Positions 54,158-63,020 of a DNA stretch of 64,000 nt are shown piece after piece. Below the pieces are notes generated by a model. That model searched no databases, was not told the origin of the DNA, and saw nothing but the letters and a program-made list of their open reading frames with translations. The stretch spans positions 72 to 64,071 of the forward strand of contig JAHWJI010000002.1 of the NCBI GenBank assembly GCA_019348495.1, read 5' to 3'. Both the position numbers and the translations under genes were made by a program. The DNA comes from Actinomycetota bacterium (lineage in GTDB: Bacteria; Actinomycetota; Acidimicrobiia; Acidimicrobiales; CADCSY01). How positions within the stretch are numbered: the first letter of the stretch is position 1; every line of letters starts with the position of its first letter.

Positions 54158-54891
54158 TGGGCTACACCGGCGGGTTCTGGGTCACCCTCAAGCAGATCTT
54201 CCAAGAGCGGATCACCTCGGAGTACCCCGACGAGAAGCGGCCCAAGCCGCTGCGCCACCACGGCCGCCACGTCCTCAACCGCTACGAGGACGGGATGGAG
54301 AAGTGCATCGGCTGTGAGCTGTGCGCCGGGGTCTGCCCGGCGCGCTGCATCTACGTCCGCGGCGCCGACAACCCGCCCGAGGCCCCCGTCTCGCCCGGGG
54401 AGCGGTGGGGCTTCATCTACGAGATCAACTACCTGCGCTGCATCCACTGCGACCTGTGCGTGGAGGCCTGCCCCACCGAGGCCATCACCGAGTCCAAGCT
54501 CTTCGAGTTCTCCTTCACCAACCGGGCCGACGCCATCTACACCCGTGACGAGCTGTTGGTGGGCGATGACGGTCGACCCCGGAAGCTGGCTTGGGAGGAC
54601 TGGCGCGAGGGCGAGGACGAGCACACCTCGGCGTGGATGCGGGCGACCTCGCCCAGCGGCAGCGCCGCCTACGAGGGCCGGGTGTCGTGGTCGGGCGAGC
54701 TGGGCTACGGGGTGCGTCCGCCCGAGGCCGGCCAGTCCGACGACCCCGACCTGGCGCCGCCCAAGGACGTGGAGGCCAAGGCCGGACCGGTGCAGGGCCG
54801 CAGCGACACCGCCCCGGGGGAGCGAGCCAGCGACCACGATCCAGACGGTCCTCGGGCCGCAGGGGGCGGCGAGGGGGCGGTGAGCAGGTGA
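54157..54891 (+). CDS. nuoI: NADH-quinone oxidoreductase subunit I, with a ~100-aa C-terminal extension
   Basis: [12 protein letters not shown] and [12 protein letters not shown] (2x[4Fe-4S]). Confidence 0.9.
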   Translation: MGYTGGFWVTLKQIFQERITSEYPDEKRPKPLRHHGRHVLNRYEDGMEKCIGCELCAGVCPARCIYVRGADNPPEAPVSPGERWGFIYEINYLRCIHCDLCVEACPTEAITESKLFEFSFTNRADAIYTRDELLVGDDGRPRKLAWEDWREGEDEHTSAWMRATSPSGSAAYEGRVSWSGELGYGVRPPEAGQSDDPDLAPPKDVEAKAGPVQGRSDTAPGERASDHDPDGPRAAGGGEGAVSR

Positions 54892-55499
54892 TGGTCGACA
54901 CCGTGGTGTTCCTGGTGGCCGCCGTGGTGATCCTGGTGGGGGCGCTGGGCGTGATCTTCTCCCGCAACCCGGTGCACTCGGCCCTGATGCTGGTGATGAC
55001 CCTGTTCGGGGTGGCGGTGCTCTTCGTGGCCCAGGGGGCCCACTTCCTGGCCGCCGTCCAGGTGATCGTCTACGCCGGGGCCATCGTGGTCCTCTTTCTC
55101 TTCGTGATCATGCTCCTCGGGGTGGACACCGCCGAGAACCTGTCGTCGGAGCCCCTGGCCGGCCAACGGCCGGCTGCCGCCGTGGTGGCGGTGGCCTCCG
55201 TCGGGCTCCTGGCCGTGCTGGCGGTGCGGGCCGTGCAGGTGAGCACCGGGGCCGAGGCGACCACGCTGCCCCTCGACTCCGAGCGGTCCAACATCGCCGT
55301 GCTGGCCGAGGTCCTCTTCACCGACTACCTGTTCGCCTTCGAGGTCACCTCGGTGCTGCTGGTCATCGCCGTGGTGGGCGCGGTGGTGATGGCCCGCCGA
55401 CCGCGCCCGGCCGCCACCGACGAGCTGGAGGACGACGGCAGCGACGGCGACGACCTGGGCGTCGAGCGCCACACCCAGACCGAAGCCGAGTTGGCGTGA
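54891..55499 (+). CDS. nuoJ: NADH-quinone oxidoreductase subunit J
   Basis: ATG overlaps the nuo[54 protein letters not shown]. Confidence 0.85.
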   Translation: MVDTVVFLVAAVVILVGALGVIFSRNPVHSALMLVMTLFGVAVLFVAQGAHFLAAVQVIVYAGAIVVLFLFVIMLLGVDTAENLSSEPLAGQRPAAAVVAVASVGLLAVLAVRAVQVSTGAEATTLPLDSERSNIAVLAEVLFTDYLFAFEVTSVLLVIAVVGAVVMARRPRPAATDELEDDGSDGDDLGVERHTQTEAELA

Positions 55500-55801
55500 C
55501 CGTCGACGAGACCTGGTACCTGGTGCTGTCGGCCATGTTGTTCACCATCGGCGCCTGCGGCCTGATGGTACGGCGCAACCCGTTGGTGATGTTCATGTGC
55601 GTGGAGCTCATGCTCAACGCCGTGAACCTGACCTTCGTCACCTTCTCCAACGTGCTCAACGACGTGGCCGGCCAGGTGGTGGTGTTCTTCGTGTTGGTGG
55701 TGGCCGCCGCCGAGGTGGTGGTCGGCCTGGGCATCATCGTGGCCATCCTGCGCCGCCGGCCCGAGGCCACCGCCGACGACGTCTCCATGCTCCGGGGCTG
55801 A
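55496..55801 (+). CDS. nuoK: NADH-quinone oxidoreductase subunit K
   Basis: GTGA overlap. [17 protein letters not shown]...[17 protein letters not shown]. Confidence 0.9.
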   Translation: MTVDETWYLVLSAMLFTIGACGLMVRRNPLVMFMCVELMLNAVNLTFVTFSNVLNDVAGQVVVFFVLVVAAAEVVVGLGIIVAILRRRPEATADDVSMLRG

Positions 55802-55843
55802 GTCGGCTCGCCCGTTGCTGCGCTGCGGTAGGGTCGGCCCGCC

Positions 55844-57796
55844 ATGCTGAGCGCCGTCTGGTTGATCCCTGCGCTGCCGCTGCTGGGGTTCATCGTCCTG
55901 TTGGCGTGGGGACGCAAGCTGGGCGAGCCGGCCGCGGGCTGGTTGGCCACCTTGATGGTCGCCGGCTCCTTCGTGGCCGGCCTGGTCACCCTCGTCGGGC
56001 TGTTGGGCGAGGACCAGCACCACCGCCAGTTCGCCTTCACCGTCTTCGAGTGGCTGCCGGTGGGGGGGCTGTCAGTCGACATGGGGCTCCTGGTCGACCC
56101 GTTGTCGATCACCATGGTGCTCTTCGTCACCGGCGTGGGGTCGCTCATCCACCTCTACTCCATCGGCTACATGCACGGCGACCCCCGGTTCCACACCTTC
56201 TTCGTCTACCTCAACCTGTTCGCCTTCTCCATGCTCATGCTGGTGCTGGGCGACAACCTGCTCATCACCTTCCTGGGCTGGGAGGGCGTGGGGGCGTGCT
56301 CCTACCTCCTGGTGTCGTTCTGGTTCGAGCGGAACTCGGCGGCGGTGGCCGGCAAGAAGGCCTTCGTCACCAACCGGGTGGGCGACTGGGGCTTCATGGT
56401 CGCCATGTTCCTGACCTTCGCCTCGCTCGGCACCCTCACCTACGCCGGTGAGGGGGGCGTGCTGGAGAACGTGGGCAGCCTGTCGGAGACCACGGCGCTG
56501 GCCATCGCCCTGCTGCTGTTCGTCGGCGCCGCCGGCAAGTCGGCCCAGCTCCCGCTCTACGTCTGGCTTCCCGACGCCATGGAGGGCCCCACGCCGGTGT
56601 CGGCCCTCATCCATGCCGCCACCATGGTCACCTCGGGCGTCTACCTCATGGCCCGCATGAACCCGTTGCTCGACGTGGCCGGCGAGGCCCTGACCGTCAT
56701 CGCCATCGTCGGCGCGGCCACTGCCTTCTTCGCGGCCACCTGTGCCGTGGCCCAGCGCGACATCAAGAAGGTGCTGGCCTACTCCACCATCTCCCAGCTC
56801 GGTTACATGTTCCTGGCCGTGGGGGTGGGCGCCTATGTGGCCGCCATCTTCCACATGATCACCCACGCCTTCTTCAAGGCCCTGTTGTTCCTCGGGGCCG
56901 GCTCGGTGATCCACGGCATGCACGACGAGCAGGACATGCGGCGCATGGGGGCCTTGCGCAAGCTCATGCCCGTGACCGCGGCCACGTTCATCGTGGGGTG
57001 GCTGGCCATCGCCGGGGTGCCGCCGTTCTCCGGCTTTTGGTCCAAGGACGAGATCCTGGCCGCGGCCTGGGACTTCAGCCCCCTGTTGTGGTTCGTGGGC
57101 GTGGTCACCGCCCTGCTCACGGCCTACTACATGAGCCGCCAGGTGTTCCTGGTCTTCTACGGCCAGCCCCGGTGGAAGGAGGCCGGTGCCGGCGAGTCGA
57201 CGGGCCAGGCCCTGGCCGAGGCAGACCACGAGCCGGCGGCAGCAACCCATGCCCCTAGCACTCCCCATGAGTCACCGCCGCTGATGACCGTGCCGTTGGT
57301 GGTCCTGGCCGTGCTGGCGGCCGTGGGCGGCGTGCTCAACCTGCCCGAGGTCTACACCTTGGAGCACTTCCTGGAGCCGGTGTTCGAAGACCGTCTGCAC
57401 GCCTTGGGCATCACCGGGTGGATGCAGATCACCCTGGCCGGGATCACCGGCATCGGCGCCATCGTCGGCATCCTCGTGGCCCGGGCCATCTACCTGCGCC
57501 ACACCCAGCCAGCCGAGCGCTTCGAGCCCGAGCTGCTGCGCCGGGCCTGGCGTTTCGACGAGGCACTGGCAGCGTTCTTCGACGGGCCGGGGCGTGCCTT
57601 TTCCTCCTTCGCCTCCAGGGTCTTCGACGGCCGGGTCATCGACGGCGCCGTCAACGGTGTGGCCACCCTGGTGCGCGAGGGTGGCTCCCGCCTGCGGGTG
57701 ACCCAGACCGGCTACATCCGCAACTACGCCCTGGGCATGGCCGCCGGCGCCGTGCTGCTCCTCGGCTTCTTCGCCCTGCGCACTGGCCTCGTCTAG
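55844..57796 (+). CDS. nuoL: NADH-quinone oxidoreductase subunit L
   Basis: 650 aa. GWEGVGACSYLLVSFW...AAGKSAQLPLYVWLPDAMEGPTPVSALIHAATMV. Confidence 0.9.
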   Translation: MLSAVWLIPALPLLGFIVLLAWGRKLGEPAAGWLATLMVAGSFVAGLVTLVGLLGEDQHHRQFAFTVFEWLPVGGLSVDMGLLVDPLSITMVLFVTGVGSLIHLYSIGYMHGDPRFHTFFVYLNLFAFSMLMLVLGDNLLITFLGWEGVGACSYLLVSFWFERNSAAVAGKKAFVTNRVGDWGFMVAMFLTFASLGTLTYAGEGGVLENVGSLSETTALAIALLLFVGAAGKSAQLPLYVWLPDAMEGPTPVSALIHAATMVTSGVYLMARMNPLLDVAGEALTVIAIVGAATAFFAATCAVAQRDIKKVLAYSTISQLGYMFLAVGVGAYVAAIFHMITHAFFKALLFLGAGSVIHGMHDEQDMRRMGALRKLMPVTAATFIVGWLAIAGVPPFSGFWSKDEILAAAWDFSPLLWFVGVVTALLTAYYMSRQVFLVFYGQPRWKEAGAGESTGQALAEADHEPAAATHAPSTPHESPPLMTVPLVVLAVLAAVGGVLNLPEVYTLEHFLEPVFEDRLHALGITGWMQITLAGITGIGAIVGILVARAIYLRHTQPAERFEPELLRRAWRFDEALAAFFDGPGRAFSSFASRVFDGRVIDGAVNGVATLVREGGSRLRVTQTGYIRNYALGMAAGAVLLLGFFALRTGLV

Positions 57797-59335
57797 ATGG
57801 AGATCGACTTCCCGCTGCTGAGCCTCCTGGTCGTGGCCCCCGCCGTGGGTGCCGTGCTGGTGGCGCTGGTGCCCAAGGGCAACGACGCCCTGGCCCGGGC
57901 GCTGGGGGTGGGCACGACCCTGGTGGCGGCCGTGTTGAGCATCGGGGTGCTGGTGGCCTTCGAGGGCGCCGACGCCGGCTTCCAGCTCACCGAGCGCTAC
58001 ACCTGGATCGAGGACTTCGGCATCGCCTGGAACCTCGGGGTCGACGGCATCTCACTTTTCCTGGTGGTGCTCACCGGGCTGTTGTTCCCCGTCGCGGTGA
58101 TCGGGGTGCGCCCCCACCACGACCCCAGGGCCTACCTGGCCTGGCTGCTGTTGCTCGAGGCCGGCTGCCTGGGGGTGTTCGTGGCCCTCGACCTGTTCCT
58201 GTTCTTCGTCATGTTCGAGATCGTGCTCGTGCCCATGTACTTCCTCATCGGGGGCTGGGGCTACGGCGAGCGGGTCTACGCCGCCCTCAAGTTCTTCCTG
58301 TTCACCATGTTGGGCTCGGCGTTCATGCTGGTGGGGATCCTGGCCCTGGCCTTCCTCCACCAGCGGGCCACCGGGGTGTTGACCTTCGACCTGGTGACCA
58401 TCGCCGAGGCCGACGGCGCCATCGCCCAGACCACCGCCCGCTGGCTGTTCCTGGCCTTCGCCGTGGCCTTCGCCGTCAAGGTGCCCGTGTTCCCGCTCCA
58501 CACCTGGCTGCCCGATGCCCACACCGAAGCCCCCACCGCCGGCTCGGTGATCCTGGCCGGGGTGATGCTCAAGCTCGGGACCTACGGCTTCCTGCGCTTC
58601 GGGCTGTACCTGTTCCCCGAGGCCGCCACCTACTTCGCCCCCCTGCTGGTCACCCTGGGCGTGATCGGCATCATCTACGGGGCGGTGGTCGCCGCCATGC
58701 AGCGCGACCTGAAGCGACTTGTGGCCTACTCCTCGGTGGCCCACCTCGGCTTCATCATCCTCGGCACCTTCGCCTTCACCACCCAGGGCCTGCAGGGCGG
58801 AGTGATCCAGATGGTCAACCACGGCATCTCCACCGGAGCGCTGTTCCTCCTGGTGGGCATGATCTCCGAACGCCGCCACACCCGGGAGATCGCCAAGTTG
58901 GGCGGGCTGCAGAAGGCCGCTCCGCTGCTGGCCGGGGTGTTCACCGTGGTCATGCTCTCCTCGGTGGGCCTGCCCGGCCTCAACGGCTTCGTGGGCGAGT
59001 TCCTCATCCTCATCGGCAGCTTCCCCACCCGTCGGTGGTGGACGGTGGTGGCCACCGCCGGGGTCATCCTGGCGGCGTTGTACCTGTTGTGGGCCTACCA
59101 GCGGGTCTTCCACGGCGCCCCCGAGGGCGACAACGCGGCCATGCCCGACATGACCCGGCGCGAGCTGGCGGTCATGGCCCCGCTCCTGGCGGCCATCGTG
59201 TTCCTCGGCGTGTACCCCAAGCCGGTGCTCGAGCGCATCGAGCCGGCCGTCGACCGCCTCATCGCCCACGTGGAGGAGCGCTCCGACTTCACCCAACCCG
59301 AGGTGGCGGCCACCGGAAGGGGTGAGCAGCCCTGA
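57797..59335 (+). CDS. nuoM: NADH-quinone oxidoreductase subunit M
   Basis: AFAVKVPVFPLHTWLPDAHTEAPTAGSVILAGVMLKLGTYG. Confidence 0.9.
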   Translation: MEIDFPLLSLLVVAPAVGAVLVALVPKGNDALARALGVGTTLVAAVLSIGVLVAFEGADAGFQLTERYTWIEDFGIAWNLGVDGISLFLVVLTGLLFPVAVIGVRPHHDPRAYLAWLLLLEAGCLGVFVALDLFLFFVMFEIVLVPMYFLIGGWGYGERVYAALKFFLFTMLGSAFMLVGILALAFLHQRATGVLTFDLVTIAEADGAIAQTTARWLFLAFAVAFAVKVPVFPLHTWLPDAHTEAPTAGSVILAGVMLKLGTYGFLRFGLYLFPEAATYFAPLLVTLGVIGIIYGAVVAAMQRDLKRLVAYSSVAHLGFIILGTFAFTTQGLQGGVIQMVNHGISTGALFLLVGMISERRHTREIAKLGGLQKAAPLLAGVFTVVMLSSVGLPGLNGFVGEFLILIGSFPTRRWWTVVATAGVILAALYLLWAYQRVFHGAPEGDNAAMPDMTRRELAVMAPLLAAIVFLGVYPKPVLERIEPAVDRLIAHVEERSDFTQPEVAATGRGEQP

Positions 59336-60852
59336 TCGGCCAGATCCAGCCCATCGTCACCCCCACCATCGACTGGTTCGCCCTGTCGCCCCTGCTGGTC
59401 CTGGTGGGCGGGGCGCTGTTCCTGCTCACCGCCGCGGCCCTGGCCTCCGGCCGTCCTCCCCGCGGGTTCTACGCGCTGTTCACCGTGATCACCGCGGTGC
59501 TGGCCATGGTGGGTTCGGCCCTGGCCTGGGGGCGGGTGACCGACCCGGCCCGTGGGGCCTACAGCGCCATCGGCGACGCCATCATGGTCGACGGCTTCAG
59601 CGTCTTCTTCGGCATCGTCATCACCGTGGCCATCGCCCTGGCCGCCTTGCTGGCCGACGACTACCTGCGTCGGGAGGGCCTCGACGGCCCCGAGCTGTAC
59701 GTGCTCATGCTGCTGTCGGGCACGGGTGGCCTGGTCATGGCCATGGCCAACGACCTCATCGTCGTCTTCCTCGGGCTGGAGACGCTGTCCATCGCCCTCT
59801 ACGTCATGGCGGGGTTCCAGCTACGGCGCCTCGAGTCCCAGGAATCGGCCATCAAGTACTTCGTGTTGGGCTCGTTCTCCTCGGCCTTCCTGCTCTACGG
59901 CATCGCCCTGGTCTACGGCGCCACCGGCTCCACCAACTTCAGTCGCATCGCCGACTTCCTGGCCGACAACCTGCTGGCGGCCAACGGCCTGTTGCTGGCC
60001 GGCTTCGCCCTGTTGCTGGTGGGCCTGGGCTTCAAGGTGGCCGCCGTCCCCTTCCACGTGTGGACGCCCGACGTGTACCAGGGTGCCCCCACCCCGGTCA
60101 CGGCCTTCCTGGCCTCGGCCTCCAAGGCCGCCGGCTTCGCCGCGCTGCTGCGGGTGTTCCTGTCGACCTTCGATCTCTACCGCCTCGACTGGCGCCCGAT
60201 CATGTGGGTCCTGGCCGTGCTCACCCTGGTGGTGGGATCGTTCCTGGCCGTCGTGCAGACCGACGTGAAGCGCATGTTGGCCTACAGCTCCATCAGCCAC
60301 GCCGGCTTCGTGCTGGTGGGCGCCGAAGCCGCCAGCGACCGGGGGCTGGCCGGAGCCCTGTTCTACCTGCTGGCCTACACGTTCATGGTGGTGGGCAGCT
60401 TCGGCGTGGCCACCCTGGTCGGACGGCGGGGTGACGCCGACCACAGCCTGCCCGCCTACCGGGGCCTGTCCCAGCGTCGGCCGCTCCTGGCCCTGGCCTT
60501 CACCGTGTTCCTCCTGGCCCAGGCCGGGGTGCCCCTGACCTCGGGCTTTTTGGCCAAGTTCTACGTCATCGGCGCCGCGGTGGAGGCCGAGAGCTACGCC
60601 CTGGCCCTCATCGCCATGATCTCGGCGGTGGTGTCGGCCTTCGTCTACCTGCGCATCACCGTGGCCATGTACATGACGGTGGAGGAGGGAGACGACGCCG
60701 CCGCGGCCCTCCCCTTCGTCCGGGTCCCCCCCGCCGCCGCTCTCAGCCTGGGCATCGCCCTGGTCTTCACCGTGGTGGTCGGCCTGGTCCCCTCACCGGT
60801 GGTCGACTTCGCCCGCGACGCCCTCCCGGTCCTGGTCAGCGCCGGCCCGTAG
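59332..60852 (+). CDS. nuoN: NADH-quinone oxidoreductase subunit N. The start is uncertain: CTG 59332 or another non-ATG codon versus GTG 59404.
   Basis: [28 protein letters not shown]. The in-frame upstream segment [21 protein letters not shown] looks like a conserved NuoN N-terminus, and the frame opens right after the nuoM stop. Confidence 0.8.
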   Translation: MIGQIQPIVTPTIDWFALSPLLVLVGGALFLLTAAALASGRPPRGFYALFTVITAVLAMVGSALAWGRVTDPARGAYSAIGDAIMVDGFSVFFGIVITVAIALAALLADDYLRREGLDGPELYVLMLLSGTGGLVMAMANDLIVVFLGLETLSIALYVMAGFQLRRLESQESAIKYFVLGSFSSAFLLYGIALVYGATGSTNFSRIADFLADNLLAANGLLLAGFALLLVGLGFKVAAVPFHVWTPDVYQGAPTPVTAFLASASKAAGFAALLRVFLSTFDLYRLDWRPIMWVLAVLTLVVGSFLAVVQTDVKRMLAYSSISHAGFVLVGAEAASDRGLAGALFYLLAYTFMVVGSFGVATLVGRRGDADHSLPAYRGLSQRRPLLALAFTVFLLAQAGVPLTSGFLAKFYVIGAAVEAESYALALIAMISAVVSAFVYLRITVAMYMTVEEGDDAAAALPFVRVPPAAALSLGIALVFTVVVGLVPSPVVDFARDALPVLVSAGP

Positions 60853-60872
60853 CCGGGCCGCGCCTTGGCCCC

Positions 60873-60890
60873 TCGTGAGGCGGGTCACTA
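60873..60890 (+). promoter_or_regulatory. Candidate Rex operator upstream of the second nuo operon, abutting a TAGGCT -10-like hexamer (60889-60894)
   Basis: TCGTGAG-GCGG-GTCACTA versus TTGTGAA-N4-TTCACAA: 10 of 14 half-site positions match, with GTGA-N6-TCAC spacing. The start GTG is at 60903. Confidence 0.35.
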
Positions 60891-60902
60891 GGCTGCTCGA
60901 AA

Positions 60903-61268
60903 GTGGCCGAGTTCCTCCGTGCCTACCTCACCGTGGCCGTCTTCGCCGGCGCGGCCGGTCTGCTCGTGGCCCTGTTGTCGACACTCGGATGGGCTGTGCG
61001 CCCGTCACGGCCCAGCCGCCAGAAGTCCATCGCCTACGAGAGCGGGGTCGATCCCGCAGGTACGGATTTCGGCCAGAGCCAGGTCCGCTACTACATCTTC
61101 GCCCTGCTCTTCGTGCTCTTCGACGTGGAGGCGGTCTACATCTTCCCCTGGGCCCTGCGCCTGGAGGGCTACGGCGTGTTCGGGCTGGTGGAGATGGGCG
61201 TCTTCATCGTCATCCTCGCCCTCGGGCTGGTCTACGCCTGGCGCAAGGGGGTGCTGCGGTGGGTCTAG
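60903..61268 (+). CDS. nuoA2: Second-copy NADH-quinone oxidoreductase subunit A
   Basis: YESGVDP...[25 protein letters not shown]. 121 aa, without the C-terminal extension of copy 1. Confidence 0.85.
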   Translation: MAEFLRAYLTVAVFAGAAGLLVALLSTLGWAVRPSRPSRQKSIAYESGVDPAGTDFGQSQVRYYIFALLFVLFDVEAVYIFPWALRLEGYGVFGLVEMGVFIVILALGLVYAWRKGVLRWV

Positions 61269-61759
61269 TCGAGCGGGGGCGCATGCCCAAGCCCCTCAGC
61301 CACCTGCTCAACCTCAGCCGCAGCTACTCGCTGTGGGTCTACCAGTGGGGCCTGGCCTGTTGCGCCATCGAGATGGGCGCCTGCTTCGGCTCGCCCCGCT
61401 ACGACGTGATGCGCCTGGGCGTGATCCCCTTCCCCGCCAGCCCCCGCCAGGCCGACCTGGTGGTCATCTCCGGCACCGTCACCGACAAGATGGCCCCCGC
61501 CATCCGCCGCCTCTACGAGCAGATGCCCGACCCCAAGTACGTCATCTCCATGGGCAGTTGCGCCAACTGCGGCGGTCCCTACTGGGACTCCTACTCCGTG
61601 ACCAAGGGTGTGGACCAGATCGTGCCCGTCGACGTGTACGTGCCCGGGTGCCCACCCCGGCCCGAGGCGCTGCTGGAGGGCATCGTCCTGCTCCAGGAGC
61701 GCATCAGGGGCGAGGACATGGCCGAGCGCTGGAAGGGCGATCCCATTGTCGTCGGCTGA
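61259..61759 (+). CDS. nuoB2: Second-copy NADH-quinone oxidoreductase subunit B (alternative start ATG 61283)
   Basis: [43 protein letters not shown]. Confidence 0.85.
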   Translation: MGLVERGRMPKPLSHLLNLSRSYSLWVYQWGLACCAIEMGACFGSPRYDVMRLGVIPFPASPRQADLVVISGTVTDKMAPAIRRLYEQMPDPKYVISMGSCANCGGPYWDSYSVTKGVDQIVPVDVYVPGCPPRPEALLEGIVLLQERIRGEDMAERWKGDPIVVG

Positions 61760-63020
61760 GGGGTCGCCCGACGAGGGCGACGAGCAGCGCCGGCCCGATC
61801 CCGGCTCGCCCCCGGCCGAGGAGGTGACCGACCCGGCGCTGGCCGCCGAGGTCGACGACCCGGGTGCTTCCAACGTGCCCACCGGTGCCGAGACCGGGCC
61901 CGACGACGGGGTGGCTGCGGCCGACCAGGGCCCGATCCCCGGAGCTGGTGCGCCCGGCGAGCTGTCCAGCGACCAGACCCCGTCCCAGGGCGCAGAGCGG
62001 GGCGAGACCGTAGCGGCCGAGTCCGTCGGCGACGTGGCCGGGGGCGACGCCGGTTCCCCGGAGTCGGGCCCGACGGCCGACGCCAGGCCCGCCCCGGAGG
62101 CCACCCCGGATCCTGAAGGCACCGCAGCCCCCGAGGCCCCCGAGGCGACACCGGCGCCGGGCACCGCGCCTGTCGACACCGCCCAGACCGACCCGGGCGA
62201 GGGGTCAGCCGCGGCCGTGGTCTCCGAGCAGCCGTCGCCCAGCCCCAGCGCCGCTCTCTCCCAGGGAGCGGCCGTGCAGCGGGCCACCGAGGAGAAGGTG
62301 GCCCAGGCCGTGGCCGCTCGAGAGTCGGCCGTCGCCCAAGCGGAGCCGGCGCCGGGCGAGTCCGACGAGGCCCGCCAGCGCCTGATCGACACCCTCCAGC
62401 GGGTCCTGGGCGACGCCGTGGTGGGGTCCCACCTCGCCGCCGGGGTCGACACCTGGGTCCGGGTGCGAGTCGACGCCTGGCGCCACGCCTGCGAGGTGTG
62501 CCGGGACGAGCTGGGCCTCACCTACTTCTGCTACCTCTCGGCCATCGACTGGCTCCCGTCCCCCTACGGCCGCAGCGAGGACCCGCCTGCGGTCGACGCT
62601 CCCGAGGGGGGCGAGGCGGCGTCGGGCGACACGGGGGCGAGCGTGGCCGAGACCGGGGTGGCGGCCGACGAGGTGGAGCACGGCTACGCCGGCGGGGAGT
62701 CCCGCTTCCAGCTCCTGGCCCGCCTGGTCTCGCCCACCACATCCATGGGCCTGACCCTCAAGGGCGATCTGGACGAGGCCCAGCCCGTGGCCCCTTCGGT
62801 GCGGGAGATCTTTCCCGGCGCCGACTGGCACGAGCGGGAGGTGTGGGAGATGTACGGCGTGGACTTCACCGGTCATCCCAACCTGGCCCACCTCTACCTG
62901 CCGGGCGGCTTCGAGGGCCGTCCCCTGCGCAAGGACTTCCCCCTGCTCGCCCGCGAGGTCAAGCCCTGGCCGGGGTTGGTCGACGTCGAGGCCATGCCCG
63001 GCGAGGGCGACGGCGCCTGA
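61746..63020 (+). CDS. nuoC2: Second-copy NADH-quinone oxidoreductase subunit C with a long acidic low-complexity N-terminal region. The start is uncertain: TTG 61746 or GTG 61824 are candidates.
   Basis: NuoC core [40 protein letters not shown]. The frame stays open with high GC3 from about 61746. An insertion lies within the core (62560-62700). Confidence 0.7.
   Translation: MSSAEGSPDEGDEQRRPDPGSPPAEEVTDPALAAEVDDPGASNVPTGAETGPDDGVAAADQGPIPGAGAPGELSSDQTPSQGAERGETVAAESVGDVAGGDAGSPESGPTADARPAPEATPDPEGTAAPEAPEATPAPGTAPVDTAQTDPGEGSAAAVVSEQPSPSPSAALSQGAAVQRATEEKVAQAVAARESAVAQAEPAPGESDEARQRLIDTLQRVLGDAVVGSHLAAGVDTWVRVRVDAWRHACEVCRDELGLTYFCYLSAIDWLPSPYGRSEDPPAVDAPEGGEAASGDTGASVAETGVAADEVEHGYAGGESRFQLLARLVSPTTSMGLTLKGDLDEAQPVAPSVREIFPGADWHEREVWEMYGVDFTGHPNLAHLYLPGGFEGRPLRKDFPLLAREVKPWPGLVDVEAMPGEGDGA

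Noticed and set aside
59322-60434. 370-aa ORF overlapping nuoN in another frame, and similar ORFs at 59552..60268 and 59821..60444.
   Set aside because: The composition is Arg/Gly/Pro/His-rich, and the nuoN frame carries the conserved antiporter-like motifs.
60853-60872. Possible terminator hairpin right after nuoN (GGGCC-GCGCCTT-GGCCC).
   Set aside because: The stem is only 5 bp with no U-tract, so it is indistinguishable from chance in GC-rich DNA.
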